Below, piece by piece: positions 61,934 through 64,000 of a stretch of 64,000 bases of DNA. A program made the position numbers and the translations under genes. A model generated the notes under the pieces. It made no database searches. It was not told where the DNA came from and saw nothing but the letters and a program-made list of their open reading frames with translations. How positions within the stretch are numbered: position 1 is the stretch's first letter; each line of letters starts with the position of its first letter. The DNA is from an uncultured Oscillospiraceae bacterium (GTDB lineage: Bacteria; Bacillota; Clostridia; Oscillospirales; Oscillospiraceae): positions 37,961 to 101,960 of the forward strand of contig CATKZW010000002.1 in NCBI GenBank assembly GCA_949841465.1, given 5' to 3'.

Positions 61934-63718
61934 TTACTCCACGATGATGTTGCTGCCGCCCCGGGCCAGGAACGCGGCCAGCGCGTCCCCCTCCTCTGCG
62001 GGGGCGGGGGCCTCCTCGGGCGGGGCTTGGCCCACCCGGACCTCCGGCTGATGGGCGATGCCGGTGAGCTGCTGGCACAGCCGGGCCATGGGCCGGACGA
62101 TGTCCGGACGGCTGAGCTGGTCCTTCAAAAAGTTGTTTGCCACCCACAGGGTGAACTTTCCCCCGTCAAAACGGCCTTCCGCCATGGCGGGGTTGCTGAG
62201 GAAGCTGTAGTCGCTCACCGCCAGCGCACCCTTGAGCTGGTCCCGGAAGGCGGGCCAGCCTGGCCAGCCGGGGACGTTCTGCGGGGCGGGTTCAGGCGCG
62301 GGTGTGGGCTCCGGCTCCGGCGCGGGAGGCGGTTCGGGCCAGGGCTCGGCCGCCTGTTTAAACGGCTGGGGCCTTGGCGCGGGGGCGGGTTCGTCCCAGG
62401 GGGGCGCGTCCTCGTCCCGCAGGGGGGGCTCGTCGGGCAGGGGCGGCTCCTCCCAGGGGACCTCCTCCCGGGCAGGGGGCTCCGGCGGTACAGGCGGGGC
62501 CTCCCGGCGGGGAGCCGGGGGCGTTTCCCGCTTTGGGGCAGGGGCCGGCTGAGAAACCGGAGCCGCCTGGGGCGCGGGAATTCCTCCCTGCTCCAGCCGG
62601 GCCACACGGGCGGACAGGCCCGCCGGGGAGTCGTCCAGGGCGGGGTCGCACAGGGCCAGCAGGCACAGCTCCATATCGGTGCGGCGGTTGGCGGACCGGG
62701 CCAGGTCCGCCGCCGTGCGCTGCAGGCGGCCCAGCATGTGGGCCAGCCGGGGCACGTCAAATTGGGCGGACAGCTTTTTGAGGGTTTCCCCGTCGAAGCC
62801 GCCGGTCATCAGGGCCGCGCCGGCCTTGGGGGCGGTCTTGCGGACCAGCAGGTCCCGGACCAGGGCGGACAGCTCCCCCGTCAGGGCCGCCATCTCCTTG
62901 CCGTTGGCGTACAGCCGGTCCAGCCGCTCCAGGGCGGCGGTGATGTCGCCGGAGGCCGCGCACTGGAGCAGGGCGGCGGCCTCCAGGTTGCCCGCCAGGC
63001 CCAGGGCGGACAGCACCCGGTCCTCGTCCACCGTCCCGCCTCCACCGGAGCACTGGTCCAGCAGCGATAATGCGTCCCGCATGCCGCCGTCGGCCAGCCG
63101 GGCGATAAGGGCGGCTCCGCCCTCCGTCAGGCCGATGCCCTCCTCCTTGGAAATGCGCAGCAGGTGGGCGGCGATGTCGCCGGGATGGATGCGCTTGAAG
63201 GCGAACTGCTGGCACCGGCTTTTGATGGTGGCCAGCACCTTGTGCACCTCAGTGGTGGCCAGGATGAACATCAGGTGCTCCGGCGGCTCCTCCAGGATCT
63301 GGAGCAGGGCGTTGAACGCTTGGTTGGACAGCATGTGGACCTCGTCGATGATGTACACCCGCTTTTTCACGGTGGCGGGGGTGTACGCCGCCTCGTCCAG
63401 GATGGAGCGGATGTCGTCCACGCCGTTGTTGGAGGCGGCGTCCAGCTCCAGCACGTCCAGGATGGAGCCGTTGAGGATGCCCAGGCAGGCGGGGCACTGG
63501 TTGCAGGGGTTGCCGTCCTGGGGGTTCTCGCAGTTCACCGCCCGGGCCAGCAGCTTGGCGCAGGAGGTTTTGCCCGTCCCCCGGGTGCCGGTGAACAGGT
63601 AGGCGTGGGACAGGCGGCCGGACTGCACCTGCCGCTTCAGGGTCTGGGTGACGTGGTCCTGGCCCACCACCTGGTCGAAGGTGCGGGAGCGCCACTTGCG
63701 GTATAGGGCCTGATACAT
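61934..63718 (-). CDS. dnaX: DNA polymerase III subunit gamma/tau
   Basis: [40 protein letters not shown] and [12 protein letters not shown]. Confidence 0.98.
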   Translation of the reverse strand: MYQALYRKWRSRTFDQVVGQDHVTQTLKRQVQSGRLSHAYLFTGTRGTGKTSCAKLLARAVNCENPQDGNPCNQCPACLGILNGSILDVLELDAASNNGVDDIRSILDEAAYTPATVKKRVYIIDEVHMLSNQAFNALLQILEEPPEHLMFILATTEVHKVLATIKSRCQQFAFKRIHPGDIAAHLLRISKEEGIGLTEGGAALIARLADGGMRDALSLLDQCSGGGGTVDEDRVLSALGLAGNLEAAALLQCAASGDITAALERLDRLYANGKEMAALTGELSALVRDLLVRKTAPKAGAALMTGGFDGETLKKLSAQFDVPRLAHMLGRLQRTAADLARSANRRTDMELCLLALCDPALDDSPAGLSARVARLEQGGIPAPQAAPVSQPAPAPKRETPPAPRREAPPVPPEPPAREEVPWEEPPLPDEPPLRDEDAPPWDEPAPAPRPQPFKQAAEPWPEPPPAPEPEPTPAPEPAPQNVPGWPGWPAFRDQLKGALAVSDYSFLSNPAMAEGRFDGGKFTLWVANNFLKDQLSRPDIVRPMARLCQQLTGIAHQPEVRVGQAPPEEAPAPAEEGDALAAFLARGGSNIIVE

Positions 63719-63733
63719 GGGATCACCTCCGGT

Positions 63734-63772
63734 AAATAAAAAGAAATGCGCAGCGCTTTCAGTACGCTGCGC
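63734..63772 (-). terminator. Terminator between the SRP RNA and dnaX
   Basis: GCGCAGCG / CGCTGCGC stem followed on the minus strand by ATTTCTTTTTATTT. Confidence 0.65.
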
Positions 63773-63933
63773 CTATCATCGCGCTTCCTTGTCACGCTCA
63801 CGTTGGGCTGGCTCACGGCCCGGCTTCCTTCCGACTCGGACTGGTCTCCGGCCCGCTGCGCGGGTCTGAGCCCGTCCTCGCTCCGGTCCATCCGGGCCTG
63901 CCAGCCTACGCTCGCGCTTCGGCCCAGAACAAG

Positions 63934-64000
63934 ACCGCGCACCGGCCTTTGAAGAGCAGAATATACCCGTTACCCATACAGCCGGCTCAAGATCGGCAGC
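63934..64000 (-). ncRNA. ffs: Signal recognition particle RNA (large bacterial type), 3' end only
   Basis: Minus strand ...CTTGAGCCGGCTGTATGGGTAACGGG...GGTGCGCGGT resembles the 3' end of Bacillus-type scRNA (...GGTGCACGGT); canonical position upstream of dnaX. Confidence 0.75.

Noticed and set aside
62230-62600. Pro-rich low-complexity region in dnaX as an insertion or frameshift signal
   Set aside because: A normal tau linker; no A6G-type slippery site was seen.
63820-63850. Second SRP RNA copy suggested by GGAAGGAAGC
   Set aside because: The flanking helix-8 consensus (CAGG...GCAGC) is not matched; the real helix 8 should lie beyond base 64000.

Overview
High-GC Bacillota chromosomal segment; gene content and codon style suggest Oscillospiraceae (Flavonifractor/Intestinimonas-like), which is inference only. 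Left to right: (1) the 3' end of an aldehyde dehydrogenase; (2) a 12-kb catabolic operon (class II aldolase, PPi-type PFK, divergent TPI, LarA-family enzyme, NitT/TauT-type ABC importer, DUF4838-like hydrolase, NagB-like, NagA), followed by a ROK repressor and a TauE/SafE exporter, which looks like an uncharacterised pathway for an anionic N-acetyl-amino sugar; (3) the 5' end of spoVT, cut at an att-like inverted repeat; (4) ireB, an SH3-NlpC/P60 hydrolase operon with WalR-like boxes, and rpoB-rpoC; (5) glgBCDA-glgP-glk-pgi, with a histone-like tail on GlgB; (6) a C39-like secreted protein, recG, a SpoIIQ-like M23 peptidase, ferritin, a GH2, a candidate sRNA locus, a D,D-carboxypeptidase, comEA, an OmpR/HK/GerMN system and metY; (7) a membrane-anchored MerR operon, mnmA, DUF362, an iron-sulfur flavoprotein, an M3 peptidase, a Nudix hydrolase, ybaB, dnaX and the 3' end of SRP RNA. 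A family of AT-rich hairpin repeats sits directly on several TAA stop codons. I found no CRISPR array, tRNA, rRNA, integrase or transposase. All product calls come from motif recognition by eye; no database search was run.
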